The notes beneath the pieces were generated by a model. The model saw nothing but the letters and a program-made list of their open reading frames with translations. It was not told where the DNA came from and did not search any database. From Candidatus Marsarchaeota archaeon (GTDB taxonomy: Archaea; Micrarchaeota; Micrarchaeia; Micrarchaeales; CABMGC01): a DNA stretch of 33,841 nt. The translations under genes were made by a program, and so were the position numbers. The stretch covers positions 1 through 33,841 of the forward strand of contig JAMCZF010000051.1 in NCBI GenBank assembly GCA_023485825.1, written 5' to 3'. Shown one piece after another: positions 25,148 to 33,440 of this stretch (within the stretch, counting starts at the first letter, position 1; every line of letters starts with the position of its first letter).

Positions 25148-25651
25148 GTAAGCGGGAAACCCCGCACCACACCCATTGGGAATAAAAGCGAACGCATAAA
25201 AAGGCATATAAACATGAGAAATGACACAGATAGCATGGATTCCACAATGTCGCACGGATTAAGGCTCTGCCCGGATCCTAAACTCCGAGCGGAAACAGTC
25301 TTGCAGCTGATTCCCTCAAAGAATCTCTACAATAAACAAGATGAGAGTGCCGGTATGATTGTCACAGAGGCATCCGCAAGGAACACAACAAGGATGTGCA
25401 GCGGTTGCGGCACAAGGAGGGGGACGTCACCAATGGAAGAAGAATGCGCCTGCGGAAACCGCGGTGCGTGTGGACAGGGGCATGAACGCATCAATAAACA
25501 TACTCAAAGGAGCCGCTGCGGGACACGCAGGAAGTTACGAGGGAGGCAATGCAAGGCCTCAATGTGGGGCCGTTATCAAGGAACCGAAAACATGCTCTGC
25601 ACCAAAGGGGTGGAATCCATGACGCAGGGGAAGCCCACAGGTTTTAGTTGA
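25148..25651 (+). mobile_element. Internally deleted IS200/IS605-type tnpB element
   Basis: It starts with gtaagcgggaaaccccgcaccac, the same end motif as at 503 and 11663, and contains the remnant tnpB described in the next feature. Confidence 0.6.
25247..25651 (+). pseudogene. tnpB: tnpB remnant: first ~18 codons joined to the frameshifted C-terminal Zn-ribbon/RuvC-III part
   Basis: MSHGLRLCPDPKLRAE resembles the AYKFRIYPDATRQ opening. ...IVTEASARNTTRMCSGCG is the TnpB 'NTSxxCSxCG' motif. After a +1 shift (track ORF 25359-25622) it reads VDRGMNASINILKGAAAGHAG...IKEPKT, which matches the TnpB C-terminus (DRDxNAAxNIL). Confidence 0.6.
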
Positions 25652-25670
25652 GGATGTCACAGGCATTGGC

Positions 25671-27191
25671 ATGACCCACAAGCCGATTGTAATGATAATA
25701 CGCGACGGATGGGGCTACAGGAAGGAGGGTGAATTCAACGCGACGGCGCTAGGGAGCAACCCATTCACTAAGGAGCTTATGGACAGGTATCCCAGCACAC
25801 TGCTTGACGCTGCCGGAGAGGCCGTAGGGCTGCCTGCAGGGTATCAGGGCAATTCAGAGGTGGGGCACATGACCATAGGCTCCGGAAGGATATTCTTCCA
25901 GTCACTGCCCAGGATAAACAGGGACATAGAATCAGGGGCTTTCTTCAGTAACAGTGCACTCCGCGGTGCCGTTGAGAACTGCAAGAAGAACAATACGACG
26001 CTGCACGTCATTGGGTTGCTGCAGAAGGAGGGCGTGCACGCGCATATGGACCACTGCATCGCAATCCTTGAGCTGTGCAAGAAGGAGAGCCTCAATGATG
26101 TTGTAGTGCACGTAATATCCGACGGCAGGGATGCGCCCGTCAATGGAACGCTGCGCAATGTGCGCGAGCTCGTGGGAAAAACGGACGAGCTTGGAATAGG
26201 GGCAATAGGCAGCGTATCCGGGAGGTACTATGCTATGGACCGCGACAAGAAGTGGGACAGGACGAAGGCCGCATACGACTGCATAGCAAGAGGCGAGTCG
26301 AGGCTGACCTTTGATGACCTAGTGGGGTGCCTTGAGGAGTGCTATGCCAGGGGGGAAACCGATGAGTTCATAGTGCCGAGGCGGGCGTCGTGGTACACCG
26401 GCATCAGGGACAGCGACAGCGTAATATTCTTCAACTTCAGGACCGACAGGACGCGCCAGCTCACCAGGGCGATCGTAGAGGACAGCTTTGAGGGCTGGAG
26501 GCGCAGCCCCATGGACGTGTACTTCGTTGCAATGACTGAGTTTTACTCGCCGATGAGCAGCAGAGTTCACATCGCATATCCACCGGAACCTGCCGTGAAC
26601 CTTCTGGGGGATGTGCTGTCTAATGCTGGGCTGAGGCAGCTTAGAATAAGCGAAACCGAGAAGTACGCGCACGTTACCTTCTTCTTCAACGGCCAGGTTG
26701 AGGAGCCGAGGCCTGGCGAGGAGCGCATACTGATACCAAGCCCGAAGGTCGCGACATACGACCTCAAGCCGGAGATGTCAGTGTACGAGGTTGGTGACCG
26801 GCTCGTGGAGGAGATCCGGGGCGGCAGGTACGATGTCATAATAACCAACTTCGTCAATGCGGACATGGTCGGCCACACAGGCGTATGGGACGCGATACTG
26901 AAGGCCGTCAAGGCCGTAGACGACAATGTAGGCAAGGTCGTAAACGAGACGCTGAAGCGCGACGGGATAGCGCTCGTGCTTGCTGACCATGGCTGCATAG
27001 AGGACAAGACAGAAGGCCTGCGCACCAGCCACACGAAGAACAGGATTCCATTCATTATGGTAAGCGACGATCCTGCATTGAGGAACGTCAAACTGAAGGA
27101 AGGCAGAGGCCTACAGGATGTTGCCCCCACAGTACTCAGACTATTGAACATAGGCAAGCCGAAGGAGATGACAGGCGAGAGCCTTTTCTGA
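25671..27191 (+). CDS. gpmI: 2,3-bisphosphoglycerate-independent phosphoglycerate mutase (bacterial-type iPGM)
   Basis: 506 aa. Motifs are IIRDGWG, GNSEVGHMTIGSGRI, ISDGRD, NFVNADMVGHTG, and ADHG. Confidence 0.93.
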   Translation: MTHKPIVMIIRDGWGYRKEGEFNATALGSNPFTKELMDRYPSTLLDAAGEAVGLPAGYQGNSEVGHMTIGSGRIFFQSLPRINRDIESGAFFSNSALRGAVENCKKNNTTLHVIGLLQKEGVHAHMDHCIAILELCKKESLNDVVVHVISDGRDAPVNGTLRNVRELVGKTDELGIGAIGSVSGRYYAMDRDKKWDRTKAAYDCIARGESRLTFDDLVGCLEECYARGETDEFIVPRRASWYTGIRDSDSVIFFNFRTDRTRQLTRAIVEDSFEGWRRSPMDVYFVAMTEFYSPMSSRVHIAYPPEPAVNLLGDVLSNAGLRQLRISETEKYAHVTFFFNGQVEEPRPGEERILIPSPKVATYDLKPEMSVYEVGDRLVEEIRGGRYDVIITNFVNADMVGHTGVWDAILKAVKAVDDNVGKVVNETLKRDGIALVLADHGCIEDKTEGLRTSHTKNRIPFIMVSDDPALRNVKLKEGRGLQDVAPTVLRLLNIGKPKEMTGESLF

Positions 27192-27194
27192 GCA

Positions 27195-28400
27195 TCAGCC
27201 GTTCCGCATCCTTTCCTCTATCCTTATGAGCTCGTTGTGCTTTGCTGTCCTCTCGCCGCCGATGGTTCCGGTCTTGATGTAGCCTATTCCCAGGCCAACT
27301 GCGAGATGCGCTATCGTCGAATCTTCTGTCTCTCCGCTCCTGTGCGATATGACTGTCTTGTAGTTGCTCCTCTTCGCGAGCTCCACTGTATCGATCATGT
27401 CGGACAGGGTGCCTATCTGGTTGGGCTTTATCAGTATGGCGTTTGCTGCGCCCATGCCTATGCCCTTCTGCAGGCGCTCCTTGTTCGTTACAAAGAGGTC
27501 GTCACCTATTATCATGGTCTTGCTCCCTATCTTCTTGGTGAGCCTTGCAAACCCATCGAAGTCGCTCTCGTCGAGCGGATCCTCAAGTGACCTTATGCCA
27601 AACCTCTGCGCGAGATCTGCGACGAAGTCTATCTGCTCGTCCGTTGAGAGTATCCTGTCCCCGTACGAGTAGGTGCCGTTGTCGCAGAATTCCGAAGCGG
27701 CAAGGTCCACTGATAAACCTATGTCGGCCTTGGTTTCGTCTGATGCCGCTTTTATGGCATCTGAGAGTATCTCAAGGGCCTCGTCATCACTCAGCGGCGC
27801 GACCCATGCCTTCTCGTCGCCAAGGCCCAGGCTCAGCTGCGGGAACTTCCCGCGGAGAAGCTTGCCTGCGTTCTTGTGCACCGATACGTTGGCGAATGCC
27901 GACTCGGAATAGCTGCCAGCGCGCGCAAGAGAAAGGAATTCCTGCATCGTGGTGCCGTTTATGGCGTGCCGGCCGCCGCCTATTATGTTGCCTATGGGAA
28001 TTGGAAGGCTTTTTGCTTTCCCCGTGGACAGCGCCTGGTAAAGCTCCATGTTTTCAGACAGCGCAGAGGCCTTGGCGTATGCTAGTGACATGGCCACAGC
28101 AACATTGCCGCCTATTCTCGCGAAGTCATTCGTGCCGTCGGCCTCGTGCAGCATCGCATCGAAGTTCTTCTGGTCTGAGAGGCGCATGCCGACTGCCATG
28201 TGCGCTACCCTCTCAAAGGCCCTTATGCCCTGGTCTATCCCGCCGCCGGGATAGTCCTTCACCTCGAAGGTTCCCTTGCTCGCTCCGCTCGGTGCGGATG
28301 CCCTCCCTACGGCCCTGTTTGATATTATGTCGACTTCTGCTGTTGGATTGCCCCTCGAGTCTATTATCTTGCGTATTACTGCATTGGTTATCTCTGCCAT
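27195..28400 (-). CDS. eno: Enolase (phosphopyruvate hydratase)
   Basis: MAEITNAVIRKIIDSRGNPTAEVDI..., SAPSGASKGTFE, and SHRSGETEDSTIAHLAVG. I chose the ATG at 28400. The track ORF extends to 28457. Confidence 0.95.
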   Translation of the reverse strand: MAEITNAVIRKIIDSRGNPTAEVDIISNRAVGRASAPSGASKGTFEVKDYPGGGIDQGIRAFERVAHMAVGMRLSDQKNFDAMLHEADGTNDFARIGGNVAVAMSLAYAKASALSENMELYQALSTGKAKSLPIPIGNIIGGGRHAINGTTMQEFLSLARAGSYSESAFANVSVHKNAGKLLRGKFPQLSLGLGDEKAWVAPLSDDEALEILSDAIKAASDETKADIGLSVDLAASEFCDNGTYSYGDRILSTDEQIDFVADLAQRFGIRSLEDPLDESDFDGFARLTKKIGSKTMIIGDDLFVTNKERLQKGIGMGAANAILIKPNQIGTLSDMIDTVELAKRSNYKTVISHRSGETEDSTIAHLAVGLGIGYIKTGTIGGERTAKHNELIRIEERMRNG

Positions 28401-28468
28401 TGGAACTCCAGTGATACTTACCTGAAAAGGTATAATAATGCATTTAGAGAATATCAAGTGGTGCAGTC

Positions 28469-28789
28469 ATGGACTTCGCGGAATATCAGAGAAACACGCA
28501 TGAGACGGCGGTATATCCTAAGAACCTGGATGGCGGCATATACTACCCGGCGTTAGGGCTTGCCGGCGAGGTAGGCGAGCTCCTCAACAAGATAAAGAAG
28601 ACCGCAAGGGACGGGGAGGAGCTGGACAAGGAGGCCATAAAGGGCGAGTTGGGTGACATCCTGTGGTACGTCTCACGGATAGCGTACGAAGCCGGGATAG
28701 GTCTCGAGGACATTGCGGTGTACAACATAGAGAAACTGAGGAGCAGGAAGGAGCGCGGTGTCATAAGTGGAAGCGGAGACAGGAGATAG
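28469..28789 (+). CDS. MazG-like nucleoside triphosphate pyrophosphohydrolase (small all-alpha NTP-PPase)
   Basis: 106 aa. It has the typical layout FAEYQ...T..YP...YY.ALGLAGEVGELLNKIKK..RDG...EL.GELGDILWYV..IA, with EExxE and D motifs. Confidence 0.85.
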   Translation: MDFAEYQRNTHETAVYPKNLDGGIYYPALGLAGEVGELLNKIKKTARDGEELDKEAIKGELGDILWYVSRIAYEAGIGLEDIAVYNIEKLRSRKERGVISGSGDRR

Positions 28790-29381
28790 GCCAGCAGGCA
28801 GAACCGTCTGCGTAATAAACGTAGACAGGGACGAGGTCCTGAAGAAGCTGAAGGCCCTGAAAGCGAAGATGCACTCCAAGCGCATTTCGAAGAGCGTCAC
28901 CTTCGAGATAGAGCCTGTCGCAGGCCCTCGGGCGCTTGGTCTTGGTTCCGAGTACGACACATGGATGAGGATAAGCGCTGACGAAGGCAGGACTACCCTG
29001 ACGCTCAGGCACATACCTGCGCTGAGGAGGCTGCCCAAGGAGCACACGATAGCGGTTCATGACTTCTTCACGGCCGTGAAGATAGCAAGGATGATTTTGC
29101 ACGGGGTCAACTACAGTTATCTGGAGATAGAACGGGAGTCATACGGCGTGGATAACTGCACGATTACGCTGGTGCAGAGGCCGTACATGAACTGCGAGCT
29201 CGAGATAAGCGCGCATTCCAAGAAGCACGCATTGGAGTTTTTCAGGAGCTTTGGGATAAAGGGGGACATAAGCCCGGCCTTCAACGTGCCGGAGAGCGTG
29301 TACTACAAGCTGCGCGGCCTGGATTTCGACATGATAAGAAGGCAGTACAACAAGAAGCTGGAGAAGCTGCTTTCGGAGTGA
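28767..29381 (+). CDS. CYTH-like (triphosphate tunnel fold) protein, apparently lacking the ExExK signature
   Basis: The segment order parallels archaeal CyaB-like CYTH proteins. TVCVINVDRDEVLKKLKALKAK lines up with EVEIKFKI..L..LG. WMRISADEGRTTLTLRH lines up with LRIR....LT.K. ERESYGVDNCTITLVQRPYMNCELEIS lines up with R..Y.L.g..v.lD.v..lG.F.EIE. The alignment was made by eye only. The GTG start overlaps mazG by 23 nt. Confidence 0.45.
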   Translation: MEAETGDRPAGRTVCVINVDRDEVLKKLKALKAKMHSKRISKSVTFEIEPVAGPRALGLGSEYDTWMRISADEGRTTLTLRHIPALRRLPKEHTIAVHDFFTAVKIARMILHGVNYSYLEIERESYGVDNCTITLVQRPYMNCELEISAHSKKHALEFFRSFGIKGDISPAFNVPESVYYKLRGLDFDMIRRQYNKKLEKLLSE

Positions 29382-29385
29382 TGGA

Positions 29386-30078
29386 ATGGAGTATGATGTT
29401 GTGATGAAACAGCTGTATTCCATGGGGAACAGACGCAATGTCGAGGGCATGAAGAGGTTCGGCATTGTTGCAGACAATACGTTGGGCATACCGGTCCCTA
29501 AACTTAGGGAGTTGGCGAAGAGCATTGGCAGGGACCAAGGCCTTTCCCTGAGGCTTTGGGACTCTGGCGTCCATGAAGCAATGGTCCTTGCCACCATAAT
29601 TGCAGATCGTGACAAGACAACAGGCAAACAGTTAGAGAGGTGGGTGAAGGACATTAACTCGTGGGACGTATGCGACTCTGCATGCAGCATGTTCTCATGG
29701 ACGCGGTTCGCACTCGACAAAGTCGGGGAGTGGAGCAGCCGCAGGCCAGAATACGAGAAGCGGGCCTCGTTCTCGCTCATCGCGTACATCGCAGTGCACA
29801 GGAAGGAATTGGATGACAGGGTATTCGTCGGATTCCTGCCTTTGATAATCAGGGAATCGGCAGACGGCAGGAACTCCGTCAAGAAGGCGGTCAACTGGGC
29901 ACTGCGGGAGATCGGGAAGAGGAACATGCGCCTGAACAAGGTTGCGATAAAAACGGCAATGCAGCTCAAGAAAAGCGAATCGAGGAGCGCAAGATGGATA
30001 GGCAGCGATGCGTATCGCGAGCTTGCGGGAGAGGCGGTGCAGGCAAGGCTTCGCAGTCGTTGTGGTATCCTGAATTAA
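29386..30078 (+). CDS. DNA alkylation repair protein (AlkC/AlkD-like HEAT-repeat glycosylase family)
   Basis: 230 aa. MKRFGI....LGIPVPKLRELAK, LWDSGVHEAMVLA, INSWDVCD and VKKAVNWALREIGKRN match the DNA_alkylation family pattern. Confidence 0.8.
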   Translation: MEYDVVMKQLYSMGNRRNVEGMKRFGIVADNTLGIPVPKLRELAKSIGRDQGLSLRLWDSGVHEAMVLATIIADRDKTTGKQLERWVKDINSWDVCDSACSMFSWTRFALDKVGEWSSRRPEYEKRASFSLIAYIAVHRKELDDRVFVGFLPLIIRESADGRNSVKKAVNWALREIGKRNMRLNKVAIKTAMQLKKSESRSARWIGSDAYRELAGEAVQARLRSRCGILN

Positions 30079-31044
30079 TGTCCTCTCGGTAATCCTTTTT
30101 CGTCATCTCACCTTTTATTCATTATGGGTTCCATCATTTCCCTTGACATCTTGTTCAGATATGCGATATTTGGCGTTGTGTCCAGACTTAAATGAGGCGT
30201 ATTGTTATAGCACTCTACGAGTCTGTCAAGGTCAGAATCAAAACGTTTGTACAACCTGTCCATAGTGCCAAACCACCTTTCTATCTTTCCATTTGACTGA
30301 GGCCTCTTAACTGCGGACATAATGTGTTCTATTCCAAGCCTCTTCAACTCCTCTCTGAATCGGTATACCCTGTCCTCATCAATGCAGAATTGAGAACCAT
30401 GGTCGGTCATTATTTGTTTGGGTTTTCCGAACTTTTTCACTGCCCCATAAAGCACGTTTAATGCGTTTTCTGTCGTCGCGTTGTTGAATTTTCCATAACC
30501 TACAATCTTTCTAGATGCATCATCAATGTACGCAAGTATGTGGTTCCCGTAGCCATCTTCGCTGAAGTCCGCATGCCACAAACTGTTGCTATGCCTCCTC
30601 TCCCACCGAATCCAGTTCTTCCTCTTGATCTTTTTCCCTAGGGGTTTAGAGATGCCAGCATCGTCAAGTATCCTCTGTATTCGGTTGTGTGGTATTCTTG
30701 GTATGCCTACCAAATCGTGGTATTTCTCCATCTTTACCGCACACATTGGCATTTCTTCGTATGCTTTCAATACCATGTCCCTATCATCCTTGTCTATGGG
30801 GATTGGTTTTCTGCCTGGTTTTTGCAGCCGTATCTGATCTATCAGATAACCGGGCACATCCTCGTGCTTTTTCCGTAGCCTCCTGGCATGTCTCTCGGAT
30901 ATGTGTAACTGTTTGGAGATTCGGTACACTGATTGATCTTTTTTTCTCAGTTCTCGAATGCCCCATCTCATCCCCCTATTGGTTAAAGTCCTCATGACTT
31001 GTATATCCCTTACAAACTCTAATTCCTTTGTCGTGAGGACATTA
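30076..31044 (-). mobile_element. Insertion sequence with rve-type transposase (IS481/IS3-superfamily-like), visibly AT-rich
   Basis: The imperfect terminal inverted repeats are taatgtcctctcggtaa (30076-30092) and the reverse complement of 31028-31044, taatgtcctcacgacaa; 14 of 17 positions match. Composition drops sharply relative to the flanks. Confidence 0.6.
30108..30995 (-). CDS. DDE transposase, integrase-core (rve) domain with an N-terminal HTH
   Basis: 295 aa. The HTH is VYRISKQLHISERHARRL. The DDE triad context is SLWHADFS, QIMTDHGSQF, and PQSNGKIERWF. Confidence 0.9.
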   Translation of the reverse strand: MRTLTNRGMRWGIRELRKKDQSVYRISKQLHISERHARRLRKKHEDVPGYLIDQIRLQKPGRKPIPIDKDDRDMVLKAYEEMPMCAVKMEKYHDLVGIPRIPHNRIQRILDDAGISKPLGKKIKRKNWIRWERRHSNSLWHADFSEDGYGNHILAYIDDASRKIVGYGKFNNATTENALNVLYGAVKKFGKPKQIMTDHGSQFCIDEDRVYRFREELKRLGIEHIMSAVKRPQSNGKIERWFGTMDRLYKRFDSDLDRLVECYNNTPHLSLDTTPNIAYLNKMSREMMEPIMNKR

Positions 31045-31154
31045 TTTCGGGATATGACATCCCGCGACTGATGGTAAACCTATAAATATATGGCGCACGC
31101 CAGACAGTAACACGGCCTGAAGAGCCGTTATCTACGGGCATAAAGTCGAGCAAG

Positions 31155-32462
31155 ATGCGGAATAGGATGGAAAGAATCCCGGCGCCCAAGAGCGCAGCCG
31201 GCTCCAATGCGGACGCGCTCAGCAGGCTGCGCAGGGACCCTGCGTTGGAGCATATAGCTCCTTACCTCAGCCTAAGATCAGCCAAGCTTCCGACCGGAAT
31301 CCTGAGCAAGGACAGGCAGCGGATCGCTGAGCGCGTGGAAGCTGCGCTTTACGCGGGTGCAGGGGCAGGGAAGGCCCAGTCAGAGTACCGCAAACTGGCC
31401 GCAAGGTTCTCCAAGCTCATCGCTGTGCGGTATCTTGAGCGCGGCGTACACGTCCGCGGGATCACCGATAGCATGAGCATGTCCCTTCCGATGCTCGGAA
31501 GGCACCTGCGCACAGAGCTTGACACAGCAACTGAGCACGGGCTCCCGAATCCGGGCGTGAACCTGTCGCGGTACAGCGCTTCGCTGATGCTTGGTATAAA
31601 AGGGCTTCTGAGGCACCACAGGCACGGAGCGGTGCGCAGCAACGCGGACACGATATTCAACGTGGCGATGAAGCAGAGGCGCCCTCAGCTGGCAGCGAAA
31701 CTGGCAGAGGGCGCGCAGGGCACGTACGATAGGCTCGCAGGGCACCGGGACAGGATAGTGCGCAGCAACGCGGGGCTCCTGCTGTATGCCGCGCTTCTCA
31801 GGGGGGACCTGCAGCATGCGACGAAGATGGCAAGCATCGCGCAGGGGACGTACGCGTGGCTTATTAGACATCCCGAGGAGACGGTGCGCAGCAACGCGGG
31901 CAGCATAATGCACGCTGTCTTCCTGTGCGGCGACGTCCAGCGCGCAAGGTCGCTGGCAGAGGGCGCGCGCGTTGCATATGACATGCTGAAGTGCCACCGT
32001 CACAGGGCGGTGCGGAATAACGCGCGGACAATAATGTATGCGATGTTCAACAGCGGAAGCCTGTCGCTGCCAGAGCGCCTTGCAAGGGGCGCGGGAAAGG
32101 CGCATGCCTGGCTGTCTTCGCATGACGACGAGCTGGTGCGCAGGAACTCGGGAACAATACTGCAGATAGCCCTTGGCGCGGGCAGGCTCGCGCTTGTCAA
32201 GAGGTACGCGCGCATCGTAGCGCACGCGCACAAAAGGCTCGGGAGCAGCTCCAGCGCCGCGCTGCGCGTGGGCGCGAGAAGCAAGGCAAACATGATGCTG
32301 CGCACGCGGAGCCTCTCGCGCATGCGCAGACTCGCTTCCAAGCTCGAGATGCCAAGCATGGAAGCAGCGGGCCCGCATGCCATAAGGGCTGCAGGCGTGA
32401 TTCAAAGACATCGGGCACTTCAAGCTGAAAATCCTACAAAGTTGCGGTTGGAGAGCTCCTAG
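31155..32462 (+). CDS. Arg/His-rich alpha-helical repeat protein (six to seven ~42-aa ARM/HEAT-like repeats), function unknown
   Basis: The repeats follow the pattern L..H....VRSNA..I..A.......A..LA.GA...Y..L, e.g. LAGHRDRIVRSNAGLLLYAALLRGDLQHATKMASIAQGTYAW and LIRHPEETVRSNAGSIMHAVFLCGDVQRARSLAEGARVAYDM. A synonymous cgc/cgg difference inside the conserved VR(S/N)NA codons supports this frame over the antisense ORF. Confidence 0.6.
   Translation: MRNRMERIPAPKSAAGSNADALSRLRRDPALEHIAPYLSLRSAKLPTGILSKDRQRIAERVEAALYAGAGAGKAQSEYRKLAARFSKLIAVRYLERGVHVRGITDSMSMSLPMLGRHLRTELDTATEHGLPNPGVNLSRYSASLMLGIKGLLRHHRHGAVRSNADTIFNVAMKQRRPQLAAKLAEGAQGTYDRLAGHRDRIVRSNAGLLLYAALLRGDLQHATKMASIAQGTYAWLIRHPEETVRSNAGSIMHAVFLCGDVQRARSLAEGARVAYDMLKCHRHRAVRNNARTIMYAMFNSGSLSLPERLARGAGKAHAWLSSHDDELVRRNSGTILQIALGAGRLALVKRYARIVAHAHKRLGSSSSAALRVGARSKANMMLRTRSLSRMRRLASKLEMPSMEAAGPHAIRAAGVIQRHRALQAENPTKLRLESS
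31632..32277 (+). repeat. Exact 126-nt periodicity inside the repeat-protein gene
   Basis: The motif gtgcgcagcaacgcgg or variants starts at 31632, 31758, 31884, 32010 and 32136, with a degenerate copy at ~32262. All copies are spaced 126 nt apart. Confidence 0.85.
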
Positions 32463-32513
32463 CCATGGAGAAGAACCTCTAAAATATATATCATGCAATC
32501 TATAAGGGATTTG

Positions 32514-33440
32514 ATGGTGAGTCTCTCCTTCAGCAATATAAGCAAGAGCTACACGAAGGGCAAGAAGGCCCTCAACAGGGTCAGCTTCAGCTACGACGGC
32601 AACGGCATACTCGCGCTCATCGGGCGCAACGGCGCGGGCAAGACGACCCTTATACGCATACTCGCGACAGAGCTGATGCCCGACAGCGGCACGGCCAGCA
32701 TTGACGGAATCGACCTGATAAAGGACCCAGACCGCGTGCGCGGCGACATGTCAATAGTTCCGCAAGAGGCGAGGACCATAGGCTGGCTCACCCCCGCGCA
32801 GAACATAACCACATACCTGCTATACAGGGGCCTGTCGTACAAAGAGGCATCGCTCCGTGCGCTGAAGGCCATGGAAGAGGTCGGCATATCCGAGTACAAG
32901 GACACTGTCACGAGGAAGCTCTCCGGCGGCACCAAGCGCAAGACCCTTGTGGCCATGATCCTCGCATCTGAATCAAGGCTCATATTCCTGGACGAGCCCA
33001 CCACCGGGCTGGATCCCATCTCAAGGGAGGAGCTGTGGAATGTGCTCAACAAGCTCAAGAAGGACAGGCTCATAGTACTAACAACGCATTACCTTGAGGA
33101 GGCGGAACGCCTTGCAGACAGGATATGCGTCATAGAAGACGGGAAACTCATGGCCCATGGCACCATGGACGAGCTGCGCATGAAGATACGATACCAGTAC
33201 AGCATAAGGCTGCCTGCGAACAGCTACAGGCCCAGGGCCAGGGGCAGGCTGGTGAGGGGCACAGACGGCGGCATGCAGATACTGACTGACGAGCAGGAAG
33301 CCTTCAGGGTATCGAAGGAGCTCATAAAGAAGGGCATAAGGTTCTCATCGAACCCAGTATCGCTGGAGGACATATTCTACTTCATTGTCAAGAAATCAAT
33401 CGACAGGGACGATAAAGAAGGCAATTACGATGAGTGGTAG
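32514..33440 (+). CDS. ABC transporter ATP-binding protein (ABC-2/DrrA-like)
   Basis: Walker A is GRNGAGKTT, the signature is LSGGTKRK, and Walker B is LIFLDEPTTGLD. I preferred the ATG at 32514 because aaaatatata (32481-32490) sits about 30 nt upstream. The track ORF starts at 32493. Confidence 0.9.
   Translation: MVSLSFSNISKSYTKGKKALNRVSFSYDGNGILALIGRNGAGKTTLIRILATELMPDSGTASIDGIDLIKDPDRVRGDMSIVPQEARTIGWLTPAQNITTYLLYRGLSYKEASLRALKAMEEVGISEYKDTVTRKLSGGTKRKTLVAMILASESRLIFLDEPTTGLDPISREELWNVLNKLKKDRLIVLTTHYLEEAERLADRICVIEDGKLMAHGTMDELRMKIRYQYSIRLPANSYRPRARGRLVRGTDGGMQILTDEQEAFRVSKELIKKGIRFSSNPVSLEDIFYFIVKKSIDRDDKEGNYDEW

Noticed and set aside
25067-25246. The upstream part of the 194-aa track ORF 25067-25651.
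   Set aside because: This part crosses the IS left-end repeat. Only the region from ATG 25247 onward shows TnpB-like sequence, and that region is frameshifted, so I call it a pseudogene rather than a 194-aa protein.
27545-28414. A 289-aa plus-strand ORF lies inside the enolase gene.
   Set aside because: It is a shadow ORF antisense to an unmistakable enolase, with an R/P/S/C-rich nonsense composition.
31632-32277. I considered whether the regularly spaced 126-nt repeats could be a CRISPR-like array.
   Set aside because: The conserved parts are short codon blocks within one long open frame, and the 'spacers' are also related to each other. The period and structure fit a protein tandem repeat, not a repeat-spacer array.
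31380-32498. A 372-aa antisense ORF covers the repeat-protein gene.
   Set aside because: The translation is Arg/His/Cys/Pro-rich with no recognisable repeat logic. A long open antisense frame is expected in such GC-rich DNA. A synonymous third-position difference in the plus-frame VR(S/N)NA codons favours the plus strand.
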